Part shown: piece after piece, positions 38,047-46,831 of the stretch
Layout of the letters: every line of letters starts with the position of its first letter
How positions within the stretch are numbered: the stretch's first letter is position 1
From: a virus
Taxonomy: Duplodnaviria > Caudoviricetes
Direction: 5' to 3' (one strand)
IMG/VR virus record: IMGVR_UViG_2894682665_000004
Span: 309 to 64,308 of that record
DNA: 64,000 nt
Made by a program: the position numbers and the translations under genes
Notes under the pieces: model-generated
The model's input: only the letters and a program-made list of their open reading frames with translations
Told to the model about the DNA's origin: nothing
The model's database searches: none

Positions 38047-38253
38047 ATGAATGATATTAAGCTATTAGTTGGCCAACAGATTCGGGAAGCGCGCAAAGTG
38101 AAAGGGCTGACTCAGAAGGAGCTGGGCGAGAAGCTGGGGGTGGGAGAACCTACAGTGAATGGTTATGAAAGCGGCAAGCAAAATCTTACAATTGAGACTC
38201 TTCAAAAGATCGCAAATGCGATAGAAGTAGAAGTTAATACTTTCTTCAAATAG
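38047..38253 (+). CDS. XRE-family HTH regulator
   Basis: GQQIREARKVKGLTQKELGEKLGV...YESGKQNLTIETL; TTTG 37995 and TATATTTG 38017 promoter. Confidence 0.92.
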   Translation: MNDIKLLVGQQIREARKVKGLTQKELGEKLGVGEPTVNGYESGKQNLTIETLQKIANAIEVEVNTFFK

Positions 38254-38416
38254 AATATATTTTTGACCTTAAACTTGCCATATATCAGAAGTTTTTGTAT
38301 TATTGTAATGTAAATGGGAATGAGTGTCACCCATTTACATAGATAAACCCCCAACGCAAACATCTTGGCGGACTTAGCGAAGGGGGCGATGTGTCACACA
38401 AAAACAGGTAGTAATC

Positions 38417-38836
38417 ATGAACACGCAGCAAAGCTACGCGGGTAGGGCGAATCACGCAACCCCGAATCCACCAACGGCCCAAAGTGGGGGCCCAACCTCG
38501 CCTATTACTGATAGTCGGCAACAAAGCACAGTCCCAGCATTGAGCGACGAATTGGTTACAATTCCCGAAGACCTGTATAATGCCTTCATTCAGTTCAAAT
38601 CAATTTCGGATGATTTTTTAGGTATCTCAGAGAGCCCCGTTTATGCCATTACCAGAATCTTAGAATCTTGGCTTGTCGATGCTCGACTATATAAGGATTC
38701 TACCGATATGAAATGTCTGCTGACGACTCTGCGCCTGCTCGATTTTTTGTATGATCTGCGCGTTGAGCGCGAATCGCTTGAATGGTTTCAGGACGAGGCA
38801 AGGAAAATGGCGAAGGGAGGGCAGAATAATGAATAG
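38417..38836 (+). CDS. Hypothetical protein
   Basis: 139 aa preceded by two hairpins (38308-38340, 38348-38386). Confidence 0.6.
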   Translation: MNTQQSYAGRANHATPNPPTAQSGGPTSPITDSRQQSTVPALSDELVTIPEDLYNAFIQFKSISDDFLGISESPVYAITRILESWLVDARLYKDSTDMKCLLTTLRLLDFLYDLRVERESLEWFQDEARKMAKGGQNNE

Positions 38837-39086
38837 CTTAGTAAGTGTTCGCTCGATTACCCACCAAGTTGTCACCCGCGTAGCCATTCTTTGGAATGAG
38901 CCCCGCTCGGAAGTGTACGCCCGAATCTATAACCGGCTTCACTGCTTCTACGGTATAGACCTGACCCAGTACCCGCGTAGTAAAGGGGAATCATTGCTTG
39001 CCGTTGCGGAACGACTCGATGTGATCGACAAGGTCTATCAATTAGCCGAAGCCGAAAGCCTGTATCTGCCACTCACCGAGAATTAG
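38829..39086 (+). CDS. Antirepressor C-terminal-like (ORF6C-type) protein
   Basis: VYARIYNRLHCFYGIDL...SLLAVAERLDVIDKVYQLA; start at 38829. Confidence 0.55.
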   Translation: MNSLVSVRSITHQVVTRVAILWNEPRSEVYARIYNRLHCFYGIDLTQYPRSKGESLLAVAERLDVIDKVYQLAEAESLYLPLTEN

Positions 39087-39089
39087 TCA

Positions 39090-39479
39090 ATGAGCAAGCA
39101 ACTTGTTCAGCACAAGGGTTTGTCTCGCACAGCCCTTGTGCGCTTGATTCGTCGGCTTGATCTGTACGAACAATGGAAACGGGCAGTGTTCATTCGTGAC
39201 CGCTTTACGTGCCAGCACTGCGGAGCCAGAAACGGGCGAAAACGCGTTATTGAGGCCGACCATATTATCAGTCTCACTCAATTGGTAAAAGACAACAACG
39301 TAGGCTCAATCGAAGGGGCTGCTGCGTGTCTAGCCTTGTGGGATATTGGCAACGGACGGACGCTGTGCCACACCTGCCATGAGCAGACAGAATCATATCC
39401 AATACAACTTAGAAAAAAGAAAACATCATATGCCAGCAAGAGTCGTAATTCCCGAAGAGGTGCTATCAAAAATTGTTGA
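39090..39479 (+). CDS. HNH endonuclease
   Basis: WKRAVFIRDRFTCQHC...EADHII...LWDIGNGRTLCHTCH. Confidence 0.9.
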   Translation: MSKQLVQHKGLSRTALVRLIRRLDLYEQWKRAVFIRDRFTCQHCGARNGRKRVIEADHIISLTQLVKDNNVGSIEGAAACLALWDIGNGRTLCHTCHEQTESYPIQLRKKKTSYASKSRNSRRGAIKNC

Positions 39480-40605
39480 TGCTTACCAACAAGGAGTACC
39501 CATAATTAAGCTTATTTCTCAGTTTGGATATGGAGAAAAGACCATAACCAGAACATTAACCAATTTGGGGGTTCATCAAATTTCACCTCGACAGTTTCAC
39601 CTTTTAACTGGAAAGGAAGAGGAAGTAAGAAGACTATACCAAAGTGGTTCCAAGTTGGCTGTTATTGCCAAAAGCTACGGTGTTGGCAAGTGTGTTCTTT
39701 CGCACTTCATTAAAAAGAATGACATTAAAATACACCCCCTTGGTAACGATGCGAAAGAAAGAGAAGGGTTGATACTAGGCGACTACGAAAGCGGAATGGG
39801 GATTTCTGAAATTGCTAAGAAGTATAGGGTCTGCGCTAAGAAAACGGTTCGCAGATTATTGGTCAACGCTAATATTGTTCCTCGAACTGCTTCTGAAAAT
39901 TCTAAAATTGCCCATGCAACAAAAAAGAAACGAGGCAGTAAATTGGCTCCGCGTCGTTACAACATTGATGAAAATTTCTTAGATCAAATCGACTCAGAAG
40001 CGAAGGCGTATTTCTTAGGCTTCTTTTATGCAGATGGGTATAACGATCAGAAAAGGGGTGAACTCTCAATCGAGCTTAATCAGAAGGACAGGGCAATACT
40101 AGAACTGTTTCGTACATTTTTCGGCAATACGAGGGCGGTTTGGGACTCAAAGCCGGGTTCAGTTAAATTTCGAATGAAAAGCAGAAAGTTGTCAGATCGA
40201 CTTGCGGAACTAGGGTGTCCGCAGCGTAAATCATTTATTTTGACTTTCCCGGAGTGGATTGACGAAAATTTATTGCACCACTTTTTGCGAGGCTACACGG
40301 ATGGTGATGGGTACGTAATGTGCAGGTCTAAACGTACAGGTATTGGCGCAATTGGCTCAGATGCGTTTATTGACGCAATGGCAAGAATAATCTCAAAAAA
40401 ATGCAGCGTATTTTGTTCCTTTCAGCCACATAATATCAGTAAAGGTATGTTGAATTTCAGGGTGAGCGGGACCCAGCAAGTTAAGAGAGTAGTACAGTTT
40501 TTGTATAAAGATGCTACTTATTTTTTGGAGCGAAAGAAGCTAAATGCGGACGCGATTATCGCGAAGAGAGTTATTAACATGCAACTGTTTCTTGGCGAGC
40601 TTTAG
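39430..40605 (+). CDS. Free-standing double-motif LAGLIDADG homing endonuclease with N-terminal HTH repeats
   Basis: AYFLGFFYADG and HFLRGYTDGDG motifs; start MPARVV at 39430. Confidence 0.9.
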   Translation: MPARVVIPEEVLSKIVDAYQQGVPIIKLISQFGYGEKTITRTLTNLGVHQISPRQFHLLTGKEEEVRRLYQSGSKLAVIAKSYGVGKCVLSHFIKKNDIKIHPLGNDAKEREGLILGDYESGMGISEIAKKYRVCAKKTVRRLLVNANIVPRTASENSKIAHATKKKRGSKLAPRRYNIDENFLDQIDSEAKAYFLGFFYADGYNDQKRGELSIELNQKDRAILELFRTFFGNTRAVWDSKPGSVKFRMKSRKLSDRLAELGCPQRKSFILTFPEWIDENLLHHFLRGYTDGDGYVMCRSKRTGIGAIGSDAFIDAMARIISKKCSVFCSFQPHNISKGMLNFRVSGTQQVKRVVQFLYKDATYFLERKKLNADAIIAKRVINMQLFLGEL

Positions 40606-40822
40606 TTGCGGCATAATACCGGGACAAAACCACATGAAAGGTAGAGCGGTCACTGTACATCCGGCGACCTTTGTACCATTTTTCGTGGCTTTGTTCGGTT
40701 AGCTCGTAAGCCAGCGCCTTATCTCCCACTAAGTCCAGATTTTTTCGGTACTGCTTGATAAACCCCTCGACGCTATTAAGTGCAATAATATCCTGCACAA
40801 AATCGAATAAAAGACTTTCCAT
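40574..40822 (-). CDS. Small helical protein, paralog of 50495-50800
   Basis: AYELTEQSHEKWY...YSDRSTF; starts right after tape-measure stop. Confidence 0.6.
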   Translation of the reverse strand: MESLLFDFVQDIIALNSVEGFIKQYRKNLDLVGDKALAYELTEQSHEKWYKGRRMYSDRSTFHVVLSRYYAATKARQETVAC

Positions 40823-40823
40823 G

Positions 40824-43589
40824 CTAATTGAAATATTGATTGGTTTGATGATAATCGTCAATGGCGGCTGAGAGGTCACCATTACGGAGGTTGAAACCAC
40901 CAGAAACGTTCAAGTCTAGCGACTGACGACCAACTCGGTTCATGTCAGGCCGGTTGAAACGAAAATTATTGCCGAGTTGCTTGGTGATGCGGTCGCCAAT
41001 CAGGTTAGCACCTAAATCGACTGAACTTATAAATTCCCCTCCACCTTTACGAGCTTTCGACGTTTCACCGCCGTAAAGCAGTGTGGGTCCCGTTAGTAAG
41101 CCCCCCGACTCCATAGCGGTAGCCCCCCCACCTATTTTGGCAGCACCGGCCTGAACGGCAGTACCCAGTGCGACCAAGGCAACACCAGCCACCGCAGCAA
41201 CGACAGGGTTTAGCGTCTTTAAGGCCGCTTGTATTGCGCCAATACCTATTGCCGTTTGAATAGCCAACGTACCTAACTGCTTTAACATGCCGCCGAGTGT
41301 GCCGAGTAACATTCTCGGAAGCGCATCAATGCTTTGCGTTCCAGCAATTAGGCCGCCAATAACCTCCCCCATACCCACCAGTGCGCTTACAGCCCCTTCT
41401 CTTAGAATGTCCCGAACACCTATATTAAAGTCTCTCAACTTCTGTTTAGCGGCCTCTAGGGGGGCTGTAATTCGTTGCTGCAAGCCTTCTAAGCCGGGCA
41501 ATGGCGGAGGGGCTCCAATTCCGTTTATCGACCTAAACGCATCGGCAAAATTTATTGAAGTCGCTATAGGCTTAACCTCGCCGATGTTGACGGGCTTAAA
41601 ATTCGCCCGCTCCTTGTCGAGTTTAACCAGTTCCTGAAACGCGGCCACCTGCCGACTGCGTGATTTGTCGCCCGTATCGCCCTGCTCTTTAAGTTCTTTG
41701 GTGAGCCGCTTTAAAATGCGCTCATTGGTTGTTAATGCACTACCCACCCCTTCAACGGCGGGCTTCTGCTTTCTAAACGACGCGGTCGCCGAATCCAGAC
41801 TAGCTTTTAGCTGATCATACTCAATCTGCTGCGCGGAGACATCGAGTCTTTTCAGCTTGCCGCTGGTGATCTCGTCCTTGAGCGCTTTTAACTTGTCTTT
41901 GGCCTGCTCAGCGGCCGAGCCCGCCAGGTTGATGCTGGAGTAATCAAATGGTTTGGGTGCGGCCGCTGCGGTTTTAGCACCCGTGGCCACCGTCAGCGAA
42001 ACGCCCGCCTTGGCCACTGCCTGCACGGATTGAATGTTGCCTTTCAACCCATCCAGTTTCACCAGTGCCTTGTCGATGCCGGCGGTTATTTTGTCCGCCA
42101 GGCTGGTGGCTCCGAAAAACTGGAACGTAGCGGCAATGGAGCGGCCAATCCCTGCCGCCATGAGCCGGAACCCATCGATGAGCAGGTTCCAGATCGATTT
42201 GGCGACGATGAGCAGGCCATTGCCAAACTGCGAGAAATTTCCCGTCAGCAGGCCCGTTAGCGCCGTAAAAATACCCTGAATAATACCTGCGTTGAATCTA
42301 AAAATTGCGGCTACGGCTTCAAACGCCGTTTTGCCAATAGCGGTGAAAAAGCCCCCAAATCGCGCCCAGATTAGCCCGGCTACATCAATCGTTCGCTGGA
42401 TGACGGCCCGAATATACCCCATTGCTGAAGCAACTAACCCTTGAACACTCTGCCAGATACCCGAATCGGTCAGGATCGTTTTGATGCTACTCCAATTAGT
42501 GGCAATTAATACCGCAGCCCCGACAACGGCCGCCCCGATCAGCAGGATTGGACCGATGGCAACCCCCAGCGTGGCGGTAATGGCGGTGGCTCCGGCGATA
42601 ACAGACGGCACCAGGGCTAACAAACCACCGACAGCCAGCGCCAAGGGGCCAATGGCAGCGACCAGACCGGTCACCGTCAGAATTACTTTCTGCGTCGTAG
42701 GTGATAAAGCCGCAAACTTATCGGCCAGGCCGGTGGCCCCGTTGCCGATCCGGTCAATGAGCTCGGTCAGCCCAAAGGCTTTATCGGCGGCCTGCCCAAA
42801 GTTGAACTGGGCCAGCTTGACGGCATCGCCCAGATTTTCCAGCGCATTTTTGGGGCCGCCCTTGACCCGCTCCAGTTGGGACAGCTTCGCCGTCAGATCA
42901 GTGATGAAGTCCATCGGGGAGCGGCCCGCAGCTTGCAGCTTCGCGCTGATCTGCTCGGAGTCGACCGTGCCGAACATTTCCTTGATGGCCTTGGCAACGG
43001 CGGGGCTGGAGGTTAGAATAGGCTTTAAGTCCTCGGAGAGCACTTTAGCCTTACTGCCCATCTGAGTCAGCTGGGTCAGCACCGAATCCAGTTCGAACTT
43101 ACCCCCGCCCGTCAAAGCCAACGCGTTGCCGAATTGTAACAGGGACTCCTTGGATTGCAGAGCTGAAAAGCCGACAGCTTGCAGGCGCACATCCCCCTTG
43201 ATCGCTTCTTCCAGGCCGAGGCCTGGCAGGCGCACCACGGGCAACAGTTCGTCGAACCGGGCTTTGGCCCCCGCGGCCGAACCCGTGATGTTCTCCAGCC
43301 CCAGTTGCAGGGCGTTGATCTCCGAGTAGGCTTTAAACGAGGTGATGCCGACGACAGCAATACTGGCGGCTACGATCGAGGCCTGCCGGCCAAACGACTG
43401 AATTGATTTACCCAGTTGGCCAATGCCGCGCTCGAACTGCCGGGACTGCCGGTCCGCAGCCGCGAAGCCCGCCGACAGGTTGCTGTTTAGCTGGGTAGCC
43501 AGTTGCGCCGTAGCCGCACCCGCGGCCCGGAACCCCGCAATGAAGTCCGTGACGATTGCCCCCAGTCGAATATTAACAGCTCCTGCCAT
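40824..43589 (-). CDS. Tape measure protein (921 aa)
   Basis: tape_meas N-terminal domain (FGNALALTGG...LTQLTQM...LSEDL), Ala/Gly-rich amphipathic repeats. Confidence 0.95.
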   Translation of the reverse strand: MAGAVNIRLGAIVTDFIAGFRAAGAATAQLATQLNSNLSAGFAAADRQSRQFERGIGQLGKSIQSFGRQASIVAASIAVVGITSFKAYSEINALQLGLENITGSAAGAKARFDELLPVVRLPGLGLEEAIKGDVRLQAVGFSALQSKESLLQFGNALALTGGGKFELDSVLTQLTQMGSKAKVLSEDLKPILTSSPAVAKAIKEMFGTVDSEQISAKLQAAGRSPMDFITDLTAKLSQLERVKGGPKNALENLGDAVKLAQFNFGQAADKAFGLTELIDRIGNGATGLADKFAALSPTTQKVILTVTGLVAAIGPLALAVGGLLALVPSVIAGATAITATLGVAIGPILLIGAAVVGAAVLIATNWSSIKTILTDSGIWQSVQGLVASAMGYIRAVIQRTIDVAGLIWARFGGFFTAIGKTAFEAVAAIFRFNAGIIQGIFTALTGLLTGNFSQFGNGLLIVAKSIWNLLIDGFRLMAAGIGRSIAATFQFFGATSLADKITAGIDKALVKLDGLKGNIQSVQAVAKAGVSLTVATGAKTAAAAPKPFDYSSINLAGSAAEQAKDKLKALKDEITSGKLKRLDVSAQQIEYDQLKASLDSATASFRKQKPAVEGVGSALTTNERILKRLTKELKEQGDTGDKSRSRQVAAFQELVKLDKERANFKPVNIGEVKPIATSINFADAFRSINGIGAPPPLPGLEGLQQRITAPLEAAKQKLRDFNIGVRDILREGAVSALVGMGEVIGGLIAGTQSIDALPRMLLGTLGGMLKQLGTLAIQTAIGIGAIQAALKTLNPVVAAVAGVALVALGTAVQAGAAKIGGGATAMESGGLLTGPTLLYGGETSKARKGGGEFISSVDLGANLIGDRITKQLGNNFRFNRPDMNRVGRQSLDLNVSGGFNLRNGDLSAAIDDYHQTNQYFN

Positions 43590-43591
43590 GC

Positions 43592-43915
43592 CTATGAGTT
43601 AGCGATGCGGCTTACCAGATCCGCCCACTGAGCTTCGGTTCGTTTTTTGAGTCGGGGTGCCGACTGGCCCCGCCGTTTTTTCTCGCCCGGCAGCCGGAGC
43701 ACGTCCTGACTGTCGATGGCGGGGGTTTTCTCGCCCCGGTTGATGTTGTAGAGCAGCGCGTAGAGCTCCCGGAAGTAGATACCCTGCGGGTTGGTCCGCC
43801 GGTAGTAGCCGGCCAGCATCCGCTCGAAGTCGGCGGGCGTGGTCTCCCAGAACTCTCCGGACCGCAGGCCTATTTCGTATCCGGTTTCTTGGAGGGCTTC
43901 CCAGTCAGTGGGTTT
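43592..43915 (-). CDS. Tail assembly chaperone frameshift extension (gpT-like)
   Basis: -1 frame open from the slippery heptamer A-AAC-CCA (43909-43915) to 43592: ...EFWETTPADFERMLAGY. Confidence 0.7.
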   Translation of the reverse strand, partial: KPTDWEALQETGYEIGLRSGEFWETTPADFERMLAGYYRRTNPQGIYFRELYALLYNINRGEKTPAIDSQDVLRLPGEKKRRGQSAPRLKKRTEAQWADLVSRIANS

Positions 43916-44259
43916 CCGTCTTCGCCCAGCCCCAGCAGCCCGTTTACCCGGGCGCTTACGTTTGGGAGTCGCTCGAAGGCGCTGCGGGAGGCCACCAGCA
44001 CTTTAGCCAGATCCTCGTCCGACATGGCATCCATCAGCTCGTAGACGTCATCGACCTTAAAATTGTCGGCCAGCGCGTTCTGGTCGAAGCGGCACATCAG
44101 GCCCGCCCAGAGCGTGAGTGCAATGGTTTCGATGTTGCCCGTCAGACCCTCGCCGTGTTTTTCGACGAGTTTGGCGGCCAGCATGCCGAATTTGAAGGTA
44201 AAGGGTTTACCGTTGATGAAAACGACGATCTCGCCGTTGGTTAGTTCAGTAGGTTTCAT
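43870..44259 (-). CDS. Tail assembly chaperone (gpG-like)
   Basis: Between tail tube and tape measure; FTFKFGMLA motif. Confidence 0.85.
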   Translation of the reverse strand: MKPTELTNGEIVVFINGKPFTFKFGMLAAKLVEKHGEGLTGNIETIALTLWAGLMCRFDQNALADNFKVDDVYELMDAMSDEDLAKVLVASRSAFERLPNVSARVNGLLGLGEDGNPLTGKPSKKPDTK

Positions 44260-44297
44260 GGGGTCAATCGTTACGGATGGGTCACTCGGGTTTTCTA

Positions 44298-44337
44298 AAA
44301 AAACCTACTAATTCACTTCTGCTTTAGTAGGTTTTTT
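44298..44337 (-). terminator. Terminator/attenuator after major tail gene
   Basis: aaaaaacctacta / tagtaggtttttt. Confidence 0.65.
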
Positions 44338-44354
44338 CTCGGTTCCTGGCTGGT

Positions 44355-44816
44355 TTACGACAGTGTGGAGCGGGTCGGCAGCTGAAAGAAATTGAACTTG
44401 GCCCCGCCCGTGGCATCACCCTTCTGGGGGCCTTTGCGCGAAAAGCCGTTGAAAAAGCCCTGGCCCGTGTAAACCGGATCGCCTGCCTTATCGCCCACCG
44501 AATACTTCAGATCGATCGTCGCTGCGGTATCGTTCCACTGCTGAATCTCGTCGTCGGAGACGTTGGTGGCCTTGTCGCCGGTGGCGTAGTTGCGCACGAT
44601 ATGCTCGATCGAGAGCGTAGGCACGGCGATATCGCCCGAGGGGCTTTTGGTGGTACCCGACCGGCAGGCCGTTTCTTCGACTTCGGCCCCGGGCGAATCC
44701 AGATCGGCGGCCGTCATGCAGCCAAAGAGGATGTAGTCGGTACCGCCCGGCTTTTTGATGAGAACAATAATTTCCCTGCCTTTCACAAGGGTATTGGTGC
44801 GTGCAGCAGCTGCCAT
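44355..44816 (-). CDS. Major tail (tube) protein
   Basis: 153 aa; position after tail terminator; YTGQGFFNGFSRKGP. Confidence 0.85.
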   Translation of the reverse strand: MAAAARTNTLVKGREIIVLIKKPGGTDYILFGCMTAADLDSPGAEVEETACRSGTTKSPSGDIAVPTLSIEHIVRNYATGDKATNVSDDEIQQWNDTAATIDLKYSVGDKAGDPVYTGQGFFNGFSRKGPQKGDATGGAKFNFFQLPTRSTLS

Positions 44817-44817
44817 C

Positions 44818-45216
44818 TTACAGTTTGGTTACGGTTAAATCGAAAATCAATCGTTTATAAAAAGCACTGATCTCGGGGTCGGCCTCGTCGAAATCGTCGT
44901 CGTTGGTCTCGATGCTGACCAGGTAGCCCAGATGAATGCCATCATAGCGGTTCAGTACCTCCACAAGCGTATCGGCCAGTCCCTCGATCTCTTCGGAATT
45001 ATTGGCAATGGCCCCGATCTCCAGTAGTCCCTGCTTGGTCGCCGAACCACCCCGGCAGCCGAGCGGCCGCAGCCCCTTGGTATTGTAGTACAGGGCCGGA
45101 AACGCGCTCGCCTGCTCAAAGACGACCGGCGTGACCCGGCCCCCGTGCAGAGCCAGCAGATCGGGTTGCGTGCTCAGCAAATCGTACAGGGCATTACCAA
45201 TTCGGTTTGTACTCAT
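44818..45216 (-). CDS. Tail terminator/completion protein (DUF3168-like)
   Basis: ALYDLL...RVTP...FPALYY; canonical position. Confidence 0.75.
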   Translation of the reverse strand: MSTNRIGNALYDLLSTQPDLLALHGGRVTPVVFEQASAFPALYYNTKGLRPLGCRGGSATKQGLLEIGAIANNSEEIEGLADTLVEVLNRYDGIHLGYLVSIETNDDDFDEADPEISAFYKRLIFDLTVTKL

Positions 45217-45695
45217 CGGCGTAATTCAGTTTCAACCACGGCCTGGGCAATTTGGCCGATGCCCGCTTCGATCAGGGGTGTACCCCGGCTTTCGGTGCGG
45301 GCCAAAAAATCATTGACGCCCACCCGGTGGATATTGGGCCGGGTAATCCAGTGGGTTCGCCAGCCGGCGTAGCCCCGTTTTTTGCTGGCCCCGACCAGCA
45401 CCCGGGCCACTTCACCCGGGCCGCCCGGCACAATCAGAATCCGCAGGCTGCGTTTAGTAGCGCCACCCTTGTCGTACGTGCTATCCCGCTTCAGCTTGCC
45501 CGACCGGAGCCGGCGCGTCAACTGGGAGCGGAACGTTCGACGACCGACGGGCACTTCCTGCCGGGCAATGCCCAGAACCGGCTGCGTAGCCGTTTTAAGC
45601 GTTTTGCCCATTAGCCGGGCATCGAAGACACGGCCCACCCTGGCCAGCGTTCGATCCATCGCATAGAGCTCCGTCGAGTCGGTTTGAATGCGCAT
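45213..45695 (-). CDS. HK97 gp10-like neck protein
   Basis: Basic 160-aa protein in canonical position. Confidence 0.75.
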   Translation of the reverse strand: MRIQTDSTELYAMDRTLARVGRVFDARLMGKTLKTATQPVLGIARQEVPVGRRTFRSQLTRRLRSGKLKRDSTYDKGGATKRSLRILIVPGGPGEVARVLVGASKKRGYAGWRTHWITRPNIHRVGVNDFLARTESRGTPLIEAGIGQIAQAVVETELRR

Positions 45696-46051
45696 CAGTC
45701 ATGTTTCTGGGCTTCGATGATGAGCCACTGCCGACGTCCCTCGCCCTCGCGGACGTTAAGAATATCGTAGCGAACCCCCTCGCAGTAAAGAATCATCGTT
45801 TCCAGCACGCCCGTGCGGTAGCGCAGATCGAATTCAACCGTGCCGAAGGCCGTCTCGCGGGAAGCCTGGGCCGAGCCCGAGCCGTCCCCACCCGTTTCAA
45901 CGCCCCCGGTTTCGCGTTTACGACAGGGCACGTTTTGGGCGAAGGGCGATGGTGATTCACCAATCTTTTCGCCTTTGCCGTTTTTGTGGGCGTCTTTGGT
46001 AAACAGGTCCAGCGTCCGATCCAGGTTGCCGGCTTGTAAGGGCTTGGCCAT
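45695..46051 (-). CDS. Head-closure protein (SPP1 gp16-like)
   Basis: AGNLDR...FDLRYR...YDILNV...GRRQWLIIEA; start MAKPL at 46051. Confidence 0.85.
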   Translation of the reverse strand: MAKPLQAGNLDRTLDLFTKDAHKNGKGEKIGESPSPFAQNVPCRKRETGGVETGGDGSGSAQASRETAFGTVEFDLRYRTGVLETMILYCEGVRYDILNVREGEGRRQWLIIEAQKHD

Positions 46052-46053
46052 CG

Positions 46054-46605
46054 TTACAGTATGGGTAAAACGTAATCCTTGATGAGCCACTCGGCGTGCG
46101 AGGGCACTTCCTTTTTCTCGTCCGATCGGATGTCATACCAGCGCCCGATCAGCAGCCGAATGGCCTGCACGATATCGGCCGGCACACTCGTTGGCTCGTA
46201 GCCCGCCCGGTAGCTGACGCGGATCCGGGACACACCCGTAATCATCTGCGCTAACGGGTAAAATGTCAGTTCGCCCGTCTCCGTCCAGTCGTAGCTGGAA
46301 GCATCCAGTGTGACCCAGTCCGCAGAACCCATCAGCCGATACTCGATTTTGGTCACGCTGAGCACGTTCAGACTGGGCAGATCAGCTTGCAGGCCAAACC
46401 CCTCCCCGAAGGCGAAATAATCCCGGGCAAAAATGGGCTGCTTGCACATTGTTTCGATCCGGGCCATCGCCGACCGCATCAGATCCGCTGCCACCCCTAG
46501 TTCCGCCATCGCTCCGACATCGGTGCGCAGCCATTCGCAGGCGGTAGCCAGATCCATGACAGGATCAAGCGGAACGGCGGGGTTTTGCGGGCGGGCGGTG
46601 AGCAT
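46054..46605 (-). CDS. Head-tail connector (HK97 gp6/SPP1 gp15-like)
   Basis: LATACEWLR...YRAGY...VPADIVQAIRLLIGRWYDIR. Confidence 0.9.
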   Translation of the reverse strand: MLTARPQNPAVPLDPVMDLATACEWLRTDVGAMAELGVAADLMRSAMARIETMCKQPIFARDYFAFGEGFGLQADLPSLNVLSVTKIEYRLMGSADWVTLDASSYDWTETGELTFYPLAQMITGVSRIRVSYRAGYEPTSVPADIVQAIRLLIGRWYDIRSDEKKEVPSHAEWLIKDYVLPIL

Positions 46606-46829
46606 TACTTGTTGCGGGTTTCGCCTTTTGGTTTGGCAGTAGCCGTCTGACCAGTTGGGTTCAGCTTCGCCGTTTCACCCGAAGGCTCTGCGGTCGCCGT
46701 CTGGACTTCTTCGGCCAATCCGTGTTTGACCAGATCGGCTCCTACTGCCGGGTCAACTCCTTCAACCACCTGGTCTTGATGGAAGGAGTAGTTGACGCCG
46801 GAGCAGGAGGTTGTTAGTTTAATCGTCAT
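46605..46829 (-). CDS. Small head-associated protein
   Basis: 74 aa after capsid; ADLVKHGLAEEV. Confidence 0.65.
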   Translation of the reverse strand: MTIKLTTSCSGVNYSFHQDQVVEGVDPAVGADLVKHGLAEEVQTATAEPSGETAKLNPTGQTATAKPKGETRNK

Positions 46830-46831
46830 GG

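Larger units (their letters stand above)
37440..40820 (+). mobile_element. Opposite-strand regulator/homing-endonuclease cassette inside tail operon
   Basis: Five + strand ORFs (XRE, 2 hypothetical, HNH, LAGLIDADG), lower GC, between two minus-strand tail genes. Confidence 0.6.

Noticed and set aside
39430-40605. Group I intron or intein host for the LAGLIDADG
   Set aside because: ORF is intergenic and antisense to flanking intact genes; no intein ends
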